Shown here: piece by piece, positions 9,411 through 18,158 of the stretch
How the letters are laid out: the number at the start of each line of letters is the position of its first letter
Position numbering within the stretch: the stretch's first letter is position 1
NCBI GenBank assembly: GCA_963666485.2
Contig: CAXXUO010000001.1
Coordinates: forward strand, 576,001-640,000
Reading direction: 5' to 3'
Origin: Syntrophorhabdaceae bacterium
Lineage (GTDB): Bacteria > Desulfobacterota > Syntrophorhabdia > Syntrophorhabdales > Syntrophorhabdaceae
Length of the DNA: 64,000 nucleotides
Translations under genes and position numbers: made by a program
Notes under the pieces: generated by a model
Told to the model about the DNA's origin: nothing
The model's input: only the letters and a program-made list of their open reading frames with translations
Database searches by the model: none

Positions 9411-10354
9411 GGATGACCGTTACCCTCATTATTATCGGAGGGCTGATCGTGTTCGGTGCCGTGCTCCTCATCGCCGTCATATTGCCCTGGACGACGATAA
9501 CTGACAGACCGGCAGATACATTCCGGGCGAGGACCGACCTCGAAAAGAAAGGGAGAAAGGTCTACATCGAGAACGGGTGCACGTACTGCCATACCCAATT
9601 TGTCAGGACGATCGACTGGAACCACGGGGCGGTGCGCATCGCGCGGTCCGGGGACTACGTGGCCGATCAGCCCCATCTTTTAGGTACGGAACGCACCGGG
9701 CCCGACCTGTCGCAGGAGGGAGGCGAGAGGCCTGATGACTGGCACCTCGCCCATTTCACGAATCCCCGGTACACGAGGCCCGAATCCATCATGCCGGCCT
9801 TTGAGTTCTTAGGACCGGAAAAGATCGGGGCGCTTATCGCCTACAAACAGTCCCTGGGTTTTCAACTGGCCGATCTCAAAGTGGAACGGCAGAGGTTCTG
9901 GAAGGAGCAGGCAATTGCAGCCTATTCGTCCGGGCCCGACAAGAACGTCGCGTGGCTCCACTCGTGGGTGCCCGACGGCTGGAAGACCCTGTCGAACCCG
10001 TATAGGACAACCGGCGTACAGCTTGCCCAGGGAAAACGGATATACGAGAGCTTCTGCATCGGGTGCCACGGCCCGGTCGGTGACGGCATGGGGCCTGCGT
10101 CGCGCTACCTTTACCCTCCACCGCTCAATTTTACCATCCTGAAAGGAAGGGGCATATCGGGAGGGATCCTCTATTACCAGATCATGAACGGGATCACGGG
10201 AACAGCCATGATGTATTTCAAGAAAGATCTCGAGTCGGAGAAGATCTGGAATGTGGGCAACTACGTCGCCGTGACATTTATCGGCGAGACGGATGCAGGC
10301 AAACCGCCGAGAGGCATCCCTGCCGCCTACGAGGTATCGGAGGGGGTGCGATGA
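9407..10354 (+). CDS. ccoO: cbb3 oxidase subunit II (CcoO) with an extra C-terminal c-type heme domain
   Basis: ATGA overlap with ccoN; GRKVYIENGCTYCHTQFVR, LLGTERTGPDL, WHLAHFTNPR..RPESIMP; second motif CIGCHG...GITGTAM. Confidence 0.9.
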   Translation: MRMTVTLIIIGGLIVFGAVLLIAVILPWTTITDRPADTFRARTDLEKKGRKVYIENGCTYCHTQFVRTIDWNHGAVRIARSGDYVADQPHLLGTERTGPDLSQEGGERPDDWHLAHFTNPRYTRPESIMPAFEFLGPEKIGALIAYKQSLGFQLADLKVERQRFWKEQAIAAYSSGPDKNVAWLHSWVPDGWKTLSNPYRTTGVQLAQGKRIYESFCIGCHGPVGDGMGPASRYLYPPPLNFTILKGRGISGGILYYQIMNGITGTAMMYFKKDLESEKIWNVGNYVAVTFIGETDAGKPPRGIPAAYEVSEGVR

Positions 10355-10623
10355 TGCTCTTTGGCCTTCTTCCCTGGTTCTGCCTGATGGCGGCAGGCCT
10401 CGTGGCGAGCGTGGCGCTCCTCTTCTGGGGCCACGCGAGCGGCCAGTTCTCCGACCAGGAACGCGCCCGGTACCTCCCCCTGGTAGGGGAAGAGATCGCG
10501 GCGCCGGATACAGGATCGCGTTCGGGAAAACGGGAGGCCCGGGTACTCGCGGGATTGATCGTCTTTGCCGGCATTACCCTTGCGGCCTGCCTCGTGGTTG
10601 CGCTGCTGAGACAAGGAGGGTAG
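10351..10623 (+). CDS. ccoS: cbb3 oxidase maturation protein CcoS-like, with an extra C-terminal TM helix
   Basis: TM helix followed by WGHASGQFSDQE, matching the CcoS W...SGQF.D pattern. Confidence 0.75.
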   Translation: MMLFGLLPWFCLMAAGLVASVALLFWGHASGQFSDQERARYLPLVGEEIAAPDTGSRSGKREARVLAGLIVFAGITLAACLVVALLRQGG

Positions 10624-10625
10624 GC

Positions 10626-10895
10626 ATGCGGTTCTTCTTCCTGAAGGATTATCAGGACTGGCTTCTTTCGGTCGGGCTTGGCCTCATCCTCGTCATCCTC
10701 ATCTACCTTGCACTCAAAAGCTACAACTATTCACAGGAAAGGATCCGGGGCAGGGAGCAGGAGGAGTTCCATTATCCGGATGGTATCGAAGGGAGGAATT
10801 TCCCGACCCCGCCCTTCATGATCTTTCTCTATATCGGCTTCGTCATCTGGGCGGTCTGTTACGTGATCTTCATCGGTATGAAAGGGCCGATCTAG
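10626..10895 (+). CDS. Stand-alone CcoP N-terminal membrane anchor (2 TM, no heme)
   Basis: ATG at 10626 after GGAGGG; TM1, then HYPDGIEGRNFPTP (cf. CcoP H..DGI.E..NP.P), then TM2; no CxxCH. Confidence 0.7.
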   Translation: MRFFFLKDYQDWLLSVGLGLILVILIYLALKSYNYSQERIRGREQEEFHYPDGIEGRNFPTPPFMIFLYIGFVIWAVCYVIFIGMKGPI

Positions 10896-10901
10896 AAGCT
10901 T

Positions 10902-11243
10902 ATGGGTAATCAAAGGTATACGGACAAACCCGGCAGGGAACAGGGCCCGAGGCGCATGGCCCTTCACGGGTATATCATTGTGTGCGCCATAGCCGTCCTC
11001 TTCGTGCTGTACGGTTTCCTTGCATTCTTCGTGATCGGGGACAAGGGGCCGCCCGACTGGGACTACGGAAGCGTTGAGGACGTTCCGGGACAGTCCGTCT
11101 ATTCCACGCATCCCTACGGGGTTGAGGCGCCGGAACCCCAGCATGTCGATCAAAAGCCATCTTCCGCTCCAATGGGCGTTTCGAAAGAAAAAGACCGGCC
11201 CGCGCCCTTAAAGGGCCCGGTTATGGGGGGTCAAGGCCAATGA
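10902..11243 (+). CDS. Small single-TM protein inside the act/cco operon, function unknown
   Basis: Tightly packed between neighbours (ATGA overlap downstream); one TM followed by GDKGPPDWDYG; start could be 10956. Confidence 0.65.
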   Translation: MGNQRYTDKPGREQGPRRMALHGYIIVCAIAVLFVLYGFLAFFVIGDKGPPDWDYGSVEDVPGQSVYSTHPYGVEAPEPQHVDQKPSSAPMGVSKEKDRPAPLKGPVMGGQGQ

Positions 11244-11743
11244 AAGCCCGCGTCGGAACACTCCCGCACATGATCCTGTTGTTGCTGCTGTTCCTGTCTC
11301 CCGGCAGTATCACATCGTGCGATTACGCCCGCATGCGCGACCAGGAATCGGTAAGGACATACGAAAAAGAAATGCCCCGTGCCGACGCCCGGACAGTGCC
11401 GGTCAATAGCGGTTTCCTGGCGCTGCGAGCAGCCGACCCAAAAAAACTTGTCAACCCCTATCCCGTGAATGCCGCATCGGTCAATGAGGGTAAATTGGCT
11501 TACAGGTATTTCTGCATTCAGTGCCATGGTCAAAGGGCGGACGGGATGGGCACGGTAGGACAGAGCTTCTCGCCGCTGCCGGCGGACCTCGGATCCGAAA
11601 GGGTGCAGGGCTTGAGCGACGGGGAATTGTACGCCAGGATCAGGCTCGGCTACAAGCGCCATCCGGAGCTTTATACGACAATATCCGAGCGTGACACGTG
11701 GTACGTGATACAGTATACACGGTCCCTCGCCGGGAAAAAGTGA
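11240..11743 (+). CDS. actE: Monoheme cytochrome c lipoprotein, ActE-like
   Basis: Signal peptide ending ITSC; RMRDQ; NPYP...GK..Y..FCIQCHG; LSDGELY...W.VI.Y.R.L. Confidence 0.7.
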   Translation: MKARVGTLPHMILLLLLFLSPGSITSCDYARMRDQESVRTYEKEMPRADARTVPVNSGFLALRAADPKKLVNPYPVNAASVNEGKLAYRYFCIQCHGQRADGMGTVGQSFSPLPADLGSERVQGLSDGELYARIRLGYKRHPELYTTISERDTWYVIQYTRSLAGKK

Positions 11744-11744
11744 C

Positions 11745-14276
11745 ATGCCGGGCCCGGCTTTACCTCACGTGACGCCCGGAACATCATCACAGGTTCCCGC
11801 GCGGCCCCCGGTCATGGCATGTCACCTGTGCGGCCTTCCTGTTAAAGGCACAGGCATGCAGTATTCGACAGGGTCCGGCATTCTTCACTTCTGCTGCCAC
11901 GGCTGCCAGCAGGTCTTTCTTCTCCTCACGGCTGCCTCCGGTGTGCTGCCCGAGGGCTTCCGGGAAACGGACCTCTACCGCGCCTGTGTGGAGGCGGGGA
12001 TCGTGCCTGACGCCTCCCCGGCAACAAACACGGCCCCGTCGCACAGTGAAGCGGGCCTGCCCCCCCTGGAATTCGCCTGTGAGGTTGAGGGCATGTGGTG
12101 CCCGTCGTGTGCCTGGCTCATTGAAGAGATGCTCCGCCGCATGTCCGGCGTGCTATGCCCGAAGGTCTCGTTCGTCTCCGACCGGCTGAACCTCGAATAT
12201 CTGCCCCACATCGTTTCCCCGGCGGACATCATCGCACGTATCGGGCGGCTCGGATACCGTCTCGTCACCCCGCACGAGGGAGACGCCGGCCGGGAAAGAA
12301 AGAAAGAGAACGTGCTGTCTCTTGCCGTCTCCGCCTTCCTTACCGGCAATATCATGATGGCCTCTGTCTTTTTTTACGGGTTCATCGATGTATCGCCTGC
12401 CGTACTGCGGGGTTTTTCCTATCCGACTGCCGTGATGGCATCCTTCGTTCTGTTCTGGGCCGGGATGCCGGTACTGAAAAGAGGTTTCACATCGCTATGG
12501 TACGGCTCGCCTTCGATGGACACGCTGATATCCCTTGGCGCCCTCTCCGCATACGCCTACAGCCTCGCCCGGATGGCGACCGGCGGCGTGCACCTTTATT
12601 TCGATACCGCGGCAATGCTTATCACGTCCATACTTTTCGGACGATATATCGAGGCCCGGGCAAGGCAGGGCATTCGGTCGGGGCTGTCCGATCTTTACCG
12701 GATCTCCCGCGGCAAGGTGAGAACGTCCGGCGGCGCCCGCGAGGTCTGGCTGCCTGCAGACATGGTGAAGCCGGGGCACAGCTTTATTGTTCGCGCCGGG
12801 GAGACGGCCTGTCTCGACGGCCGCATCACCCGCGGCAGTGCTGCCGTCGACGAGTCATGCCTGACGGGTGAGGCCCATCCCCGCGTGAGACACCCTGGCG
12901 ACATGCTGCGCGCAGGGAGCATCGTGTGCACCGGGGAGGTCGTGCTCGAGACGACCGCTGCAGCGAGGGAGAGTTTCGTCGGGCAGATGATCGCCGCGAT
13001 TGAAAAAGCCCTGGACAAAAAAGATGCATACGAGCGGCTTGCGGAAAAGGTAAGCCGCATCTTCGTGCCTGCCATATTCGCTATAGCAGCCGCCACAGGG
13101 TTTTTCGTCGGGATATCGGGTTCTTCTCCGGGCGAGGCGATGCTCAGGGCCCTTACCGTGCTCATTATCTCCTGTCCCTGCACGCTCGGCATCGCCATAC
13201 CTCTCGCGAAGGTCCGGGCTGTCGCTCTGGCCCGCAAGGCCGGTATTATCGTCAGGGACCCGGATGCCCTCGAACGTTTACCCGATATCGATACCTTCTT
13301 TCTTGACAAGACAGGTACGGTGACGGAAGGAAGATTTTCATTGAGACACATAAGCTGCAGCTGCGATGGGACCGAGCTGTTGTCCCGCCTCGCTTCCGTG
13401 GAGGTCCATTCCCGTCATTTCATCGGGCAGGAGATCGTTCGCGCGGCGCGTGAGGCCGGTTGCGCCATTGCCGGCGCGGAAATGTTCACAACGTACCCGG
13501 GGCTTGGTGTATCGGGAAATGTCGACGGCCTCCAGGTTTTCATCGGGAACCGCATCCTCATGGAGAGAGAGGGCATAGCGGGAGATGGAACCCGGGACAA
13601 CGAAGCGGCGGCGTGGGAAAGAATTGGCAACACCTGCGTGTTCTTCGCGTGGGGCGGGCGCGTCCGGGGCTTTCTCGTGTTCGGCGACGCGCTGAGGGAA
13701 GGCGCAGCTGAGACCGTGAAAAACCTCGAGGAAAACGGTATCGACATCAGGCTCATCTCTGGCGATGCCGCAGCTACAACTGCTGCTGTCGCCGGGTTGC
13801 TGGGGATAAAGCGCTTCACGGGAAACGCGCTGCCGGAAAGCAAAGCCCGGCTTATCGAATCGTACCGAAAACGGGGACGGAAGGTCGCCATGATAGGGGA
13901 CGGGCTGAACGACGCGCCTGCCCTCGCCGCGGCGGATGTAGGCTGCGCCTTCGGCCCGGGCGCTGACCTCGTGCAGGGAACGGCCGATATTGTCTTCCTC
14001 TCCGGGGACCCCCGTAGGATCCTGGAGGCCCGGGAGTTATCCGCGTTGACGAAGAGAACCATCAGGCAGAACCTTTTCTTCGCTTTTTTCTACAACACCA
14101 TGGCCATTCCCGTGGCCGCACTGGGCATTCTCGACCCGTTCATTGCCGTGGTCGCGATGGCGGGAAGCTCTCTTGCCGTGACCGGGAATGTGTTGAGGAT
14201 GTCCGGTAAACTTTCGGCGTCGCCCCGATCACCGGCCAACAACGTGCGGCATATGATCATATCAATAATACCGTGA
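11745..14276 (+). CDS. ccoI: P1B-type heavy-metal (Cu) ATPase, CcoI/FixI-like
   Basis: N-terminal CHLC..CCHGC, HMA motif GMWCPSC, TGE, SCPC, DKTGT, GDGLNDAPAL, YN..MAGSS. Confidence 0.9.
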   Translation: MPGPALPHVTPGTSSQVPARPPVMACHLCGLPVKGTGMQYSTGSGILHFCCHGCQQVFLLLTAASGVLPEGFRETDLYRACVEAGIVPDASPATNTAPSHSEAGLPPLEFACEVEGMWCPSCAWLIEEMLRRMSGVLCPKVSFVSDRLNLEYLPHIVSPADIIARIGRLGYRLVTPHEGDAGRERKKENVLSLAVSAFLTGNIMMASVFFYGFIDVSPAVLRGFSYPTAVMASFVLFWAGMPVLKRGFTSLWYGSPSMDTLISLGALSAYAYSLARMATGGVHLYFDTAAMLITSILFGRYIEARARQGIRSGLSDLYRISRGKVRTSGGAREVWLPADMVKPGHSFIVRAGETACLDGRITRGSAAVDESCLTGEAHPRVRHPGDMLRAGSIVCTGEVVLETTAAARESFVGQMIAAIEKALDKKDAYERLAEKVSRIFVPAIFAIAAATGFFVGISGSSPGEAMLRALTVLIISCPCTLGIAIPLAKVRAVALARKAGIIVRDPDALERLPDIDTFFLDKTGTVTEGRFSLRHISCSCDGTELLSRLASVEVHSRHFIGQEIVRAAREAGCAIAGAEMFTTYPGLGVSGNVDGLQVFIGNRILMEREGIAGDGTRDNEAAAWERIGNTCVFFAWGGRVRGFLVFGDALREGAAETVKNLEENGIDIRLISGDAAATTAAVAGLLGIKRFTGNALPESKARLIESYRKRGRKVAMIGDGLNDAPALAAADVGCAFGPGADLVQGTADIVFLSGDPRRILEARELSALTKRTIRQNLFFAFFYNTMAIPVAALGILDPFIAVVAMAGSSLAVTGNVLRMSGKLSASPRSPANNVRHMIISIIP

Positions 14277-14407
14277 TTACCGTAGGAAAAACCCTGCATG
14301 AATGAAATTGCAATTGCAGGCAAAATCATACAGACAACCGGATTATTCCTAAAATAAACGATTCAATTCCTTTTTGATTCCCTGCGCATAGCGCACCGCG
14401 CCTGCAC

Positions 14408-14423
14408 AGGTACGTAATTTGCT
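14408..14423 (+). promoter_or_regulatory. Candidate sigma-54 (-24/-12) promoter
   Basis: AGGTACGTAATTTGCT gives GG-N10-GC with a TTGCT -12 element, 57 nt upstream of the ATG at 14480. Confidence 0.5.
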
Positions 14424-14479
14424 CTGCGTCCCGGGAGTGCCGCGTTCACATTTTAATGTGGCAAAAAGGGAATGGATCG

Positions 14480-15148
14480 ATGCGAAGAAGGATCTGGACG
14501 TTTGCCGGAGCGGTCCTCATCATGATGGGAGTCATGGCATATCCCGGATATGCCGCCATGAAAGAACTGTCCGGGACGCCGGCAATAGATCAGAACTGGA
14601 TGGGAACAGAAACGGGATACAGGTACAGCTGCGGCCCCCGGTCGGCAGCGGAGGTCATGGCATACTGGGCCCTGAACGGCTACCCGAACCTCATGTCGGC
14701 GCCTCCTACCGGCGATGTGCCTGACAAATCCCCGCAGATCATCGGCCTCTTCCTCAGCATGGTGAAACACACGACGTATGACGATTACGACTTCGAGCGT
14801 ACTCTCGCCGAACCCAGACTGGTTGACAAGCTGAAGTCATTCCTGGAATCAAAAGGATACAGGGGCACCGTCGAACTGGCGGGGTTCGGGAACGTGACCT
14901 TTGACAGGATCAAAAACGAGATCGATGCCGGCAGGCCCGTCATGCTTCTCGTTACCGCGTGGTACCATTGGATGGTCGTTAAGGGGTATGACGAAGAAAG
15001 CAGGCAACTGCGGGTCCTGTGGGGCCATCCCGACTGGGAGCAGATCCTTGAAAGAACGATATATTTTCCCAGCATCAAGGCAGCTGAAACCGACCCGCTG
15101 ATCGGGGCGAACGCGGTGTACATCAAATTCGATGACCGGATACACTAA
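14480..15148 (+). CDS. Secreted papain-fold cysteine peptidase-like protein (C39-like)
   Basis: Signal peptide MRRRIW...YAA; SCGPRSAAEVMAYW; IKNEIDAGRPV; HWMVVKGYD. Confidence 0.7.
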   Translation: MRRRIWTFAGAVLIMMGVMAYPGYAAMKELSGTPAIDQNWMGTETGYRYSCGPRSAAEVMAYWALNGYPNLMSAPPTGDVPDKSPQIIGLFLSMVKHTTYDDYDFERTLAEPRLVDKLKSFLESKGYRGTVELAGFGNVTFDRIKNEIDAGRPVMLLVTAWYHWMVVKGYDEESRQLRVLWGHPDWEQILERTIYFPSIKAAETDPLIGANAVYIKFDDRIH

Positions 15149-15169
15149 AAGATCGGGCCCGCCTGACAT

Positions 15170-15691
15170 TCAGGATGCAGGGTAGATAATTGACGTCCCC
15201 GTGACCTTCGCTCCGGGATTGACGGTGTGCATCCTGGTACCGTGCATTCCCATAATGTGTTCCACCGTGATGGCACGGACCACGAGGGCATCGGCGATCA
15301 GTGACCTGTGACAGCGCCAGGGGAGTGCCTCTGCACACATGATAACTGTTTTCGCGGAACGGGCGGCCTCAAGGAGCCTCTCGATGCCCCTTGCGAATTC
15401 CGGGGTCTGCATATAGTCGGCAAAACCCCGAAAGGACAGGTTGGTCCACCCGGTATTGATCGAGTGACCGGTCGTATGCCGCAGGCCTCCCAGTTCATTG
15501 AGATGGAGATAACGGATATCACGCTTTCCGAGGTCGGATTCGAGAACGTCTTTGTTAAATTGGGGATTATGGCGGGACCTGGGTATCGTGCGCACGTCGG
15601 CGACCAGTTGGACCGTATAATTCTGGAGAATTTTAATAAATTCATCCGACGGATGCGTCGAGTGGCCGATCGTGTATATCTTTACACTCAT
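15170..15691 (-). CDS. DUF488 family protein
   Basis: IYTIGHS, VADVRTIPRSRHNPQFN, ELGGLR, SFRGFADYM, MCAEALPWRCHRSLIAD. Confidence 0.88.
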   Translation of the reverse strand: MSVKIYTIGHSTHPSDEFIKILQNYTVQLVADVRTIPRSRHNPQFNKDVLESDLGKRDIRYLHLNELGGLRHTTGHSINTGWTNLSFRGFADYMQTPEFARGIERLLEAARSAKTVIMCAEALPWRCHRSLIADALVVRAITVEHIMGMHGTRMHTVNPGAKVTGTSIIYPAS

Positions 15692-15816
15692 TTCGGTATC
15701 GCCCTTGCCGCGAAAGCATGCTACTTTTCAAAATATTCATGCCGCCTTGAAAGTCAAGCCGCTTAAGCCGGCCGGGATTGCTGCGCATGACATAAGAACG
15801 CGGGCGGCGTCCGGGC

Positions 15817-16992
15817 TCATCGTTTGCCGGAGTGTTGTTTTATATTGGACGGAAGCTGTATGTTCTCGAAATTTTCCTGAAGCCCATAGCGTTTGAGCAT
15901 ATAAGCCCAATCGGGTTTTTCCATCAATGAGACGAGCGAGATATTGAGGCTCTTCGTAAGCGGGCTGTTCCTGGGAAGGCCGAAACCGAAGAAAAACCTC
16001 CTGAAACCCGTCGGATGGACAAAGATCCTGTCCTTATAATCCATTCCCTCGTAATAATGAAGGGTGATCATGTCATAGAGGAATCCCTCGACCTCTCCGC
16101 TTAATACCGCGTCGAGAGCGTCTTTCTCTTCGGCGTAAAGCTTGTACTTCCCTCCCAGTCTTGGCAGGACTATCGATTCGGCGCTCCCCGTCACGCCGCC
16201 CAGGTACATTCGCCTGAGCTGCTCATCGGTGATAACGCCAACATTGTTGCGGTTCTCATATATGGCATTCGTAAGCGACGCGATCAGGGCGGAGAATGCG
16301 ACAGCGCACAGGAACATCCACGCAAGGCCGAGGGCGCGTGCGGCAAATGACTTCAATGTCACGCCGATGCAGACGCCGGAGGTCAGGGTAGACCCCACCC
16401 AGTAGATGCCGGAACCGATCCCCTTGACCTTGTTCCCCCCGAAATGGTCGGGATTGGCCCGCCTCTCTATCAGCCACAGAATAATGCCGAACAGAAAGAG
16501 GGAAAGACCTAACACACCCAGGATCCTGACGTTGCCCCATGAAAACAGCGTTTTGACCGCAAGCCACCACGGATGGCTTATTTTGCCCGGCAGGGTGGCA
16601 ACCCCCAGCCTGGCATATCCCAGGACTGTCGAGTAGTCAAAGCGTTTCTCCCTCTCGGCGAGCACAAAAAAAGTATCGATCGACAGGTCGATCCGGTTCT
16701 TTTCCAGCGCGTCCAGGATATCTGCAAAGGGCATTTCGCGGAGCTCATAGTCCACCTTTAGATCCTGGGAGATCGCCTTCCAGATATCGACGCTGATACC
16801 ACCCCATTGCCCGTCTTCCATTTTTATAAGGTATGGCGGATCGTGACAGACACCGACGATAAGCTTCTTTCCCTGGAAGCCCGTTTTTTGCCGCCCCGTA
16901 TTCCCCATCGCCGGGCACGCAAACGACAGGCACAGAAAAAGAAGCGCCGACATGAAAACGCATCGAAACCAGTATTCCCGTTTCGCCATCAT
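15817..16992 (-). CDS. Prokaryotic ionotropic glutamate receptor-like channel (GluR0 architecture: signal-S1-M1-P-M2-S2)
   Basis: PBP-type S1 (DPPY..GISVDIW..AEREKRFDYS), M1 ending WLIERRANPDHF, pore helix GIYWVGSTLT, M2 ARALGLAWM..ASLT, then S2; start after AAGGAG. Confidence 0.82.
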   Translation of the reverse strand: MMAKREYWFRCVFMSALLFLCLSFACPAMGNTGRQKTGFQGKKLIVGVCHDPPYLIKMEDGQWGGISVDIWKAISQDLKVDYELREMPFADILDALEKNRIDLSIDTFFVLAEREKRFDYSTVLGYARLGVATLPGKISHPWWLAVKTLFSWGNVRILGVLGLSLFLFGIILWLIERRANPDHFGGNKVKGIGSGIYWVGSTLTSGVCIGVTLKSFAARALGLAWMFLCAVAFSALIASLTNAIYENRNNVGVITDEQLRRMYLGGVTGSAESIVLPRLGGKYKLYAEEKDALDAVLSGEVEGFLYDMITLHYYEGMDYKDRIFVHPTGFRRFFFGFGLPRNSPLTKSLNISLVSLMEKPDWAYMLKRYGLQENFENIQLPSNIKQHSGKR

Positions 16993-17106
16993 GGCTCCTT
17001 GCACGTGATGAAAATCGCCTGTAGCCGGCTGAGAATTATAAACTTTTCCCCAGCACCCGGGCAAGTTTTTTGATCGCTGAATTCAAAGAATTTTAAGGTC
17101 TCACCG

Positions 17107-18120
17107 TTATTCGTAGCCGGGCCCTTCCTCGCCTACCTTCCCTTTGAAGACCCTGTACGCCCAGGCCTGGTAGATGATGACGACCGGGACGAAGATGAGG
17201 GCGACGACAAGCATTATCTTCAGGGTAAGGGGGCTCGATGCCGAATTGTAAGCGGTGAGGCTGAAAGAAGGGTTGAGGCTCGAAGGAAGCATATCGGGAT
17301 AGAGCCCGACGATACCGAAGAACGTGACGCAGACGATCGCGAGCGATGACGCCCACCAGGCTTTCACGGGTGATGCTGCAAGGGTTGCCCTGACCGCGAA
17401 AAGAAGACAGGCCGCGGCGAGGGGGATGATAAAGAGTACGGGGGCCCTGAGGTAATTCTGGTAAAGGCCGGTAAAAAAGGCTGTCATGATAAGGAAGAGG
17501 ACCACAAGGGCCGCCACGATGACCCAGAGCTTCTTTGCGAGAGAGATGGCCCTGTCATGCAGTTCGCCCTGCGTTTTTACCGCCAGCCAGATGGAGCCGT
17601 GCAGCAGGAATAAGCAGAGGAACAAGAGGCCCCCTGCAAGGCCGTAGGGATTCAGAAGCGTTAAGAGGTTTCCCTGGTAAACGCCCGCCCCGTCAATGGG
17701 AATCCCTTTGAAAATGTTGGCAAAGGCGACGCCGAAAAGAAGCGCGGGCAGAAAACTTCCCACTGCGGCCATGATGTCCCAGAGGGACCTCCACGACTGC
17801 CCTTCCCCCTGGTGCCTGAACTCGAAGGAGACCCCGCGTATTATAAGTGCAAAGAGGATGAACATGAGCGGGGTGTAGAAGGCGCTGAAGAGAACGGCAT
17901 ACGTTGCAGGAAAAGCGGCAAAGGTAACACCGCCCGCCGTGATGAGCCAGACCTCGTTGCCGTCCCAGTACGGGCCGATCGCACCATGGATCGCCCGTTT
18001 TTCATTCTCCGTGCGGCCCAGGAAAGGCAGAAGCGTGCCCAGGCCCAGGTCGAACCCGTCGAGCATGAAATAAATGGCCCACAGAAGCCCCCAGAGAATA
18101 AACCATAGTGTCTCGAGCAT
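17107..18120 (-). CDS. cydB: Cytochrome bd quinol oxidase subunit II
   Basis: MLDGFDLGLG, IGPYWDGNEVWLITAGG..FAAFP, RGVSFEFR. Confidence 0.97.
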   Translation of the reverse strand: MLETLWFILWGLLWAIYFMLDGFDLGLGTLLPFLGRTENEKRAIHGAIGPYWDGNEVWLITAGGVTFAAFPATYAVLFSAFYTPLMFILFALIIRGVSFEFRHQGEGQSWRSLWDIMAAVGSFLPALLFGVAFANIFKGIPIDGAGVYQGNLLTLLNPYGLAGGLLFLCLFLLHGSIWLAVKTQGELHDRAISLAKKLWVIVAALVVLFLIMTAFFTGLYQNYLRAPVLFIIPLAAACLLFAVRATLAASPVKAWWASSLAIVCVTFFGIVGLYPDMLPSSLNPSFSLTAYNSASSPLTLKIMLVVALIFVPVVIIYQAWAYRVFKGKVGEEGPGYE

Positions 18121-18158
18121 GCCCCTTGACCTCCTTTATCTTCCCGGTCCCGTCCCCT

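Noticed and set aside
14395..14470. Possible c-di-GMP-I riboswitch (GGGACGCA-like word on the minus strand)
   Set aside because: Lacks the GGCAAAC/GNRA P2 arrangement and is in the wrong orientation for the downstream gene
17068..17090. FNR-like box TTGAT...TTCAA near cydB
   Set aside because: Spacer is 7 nt rather than 4 and the right half is imperfect
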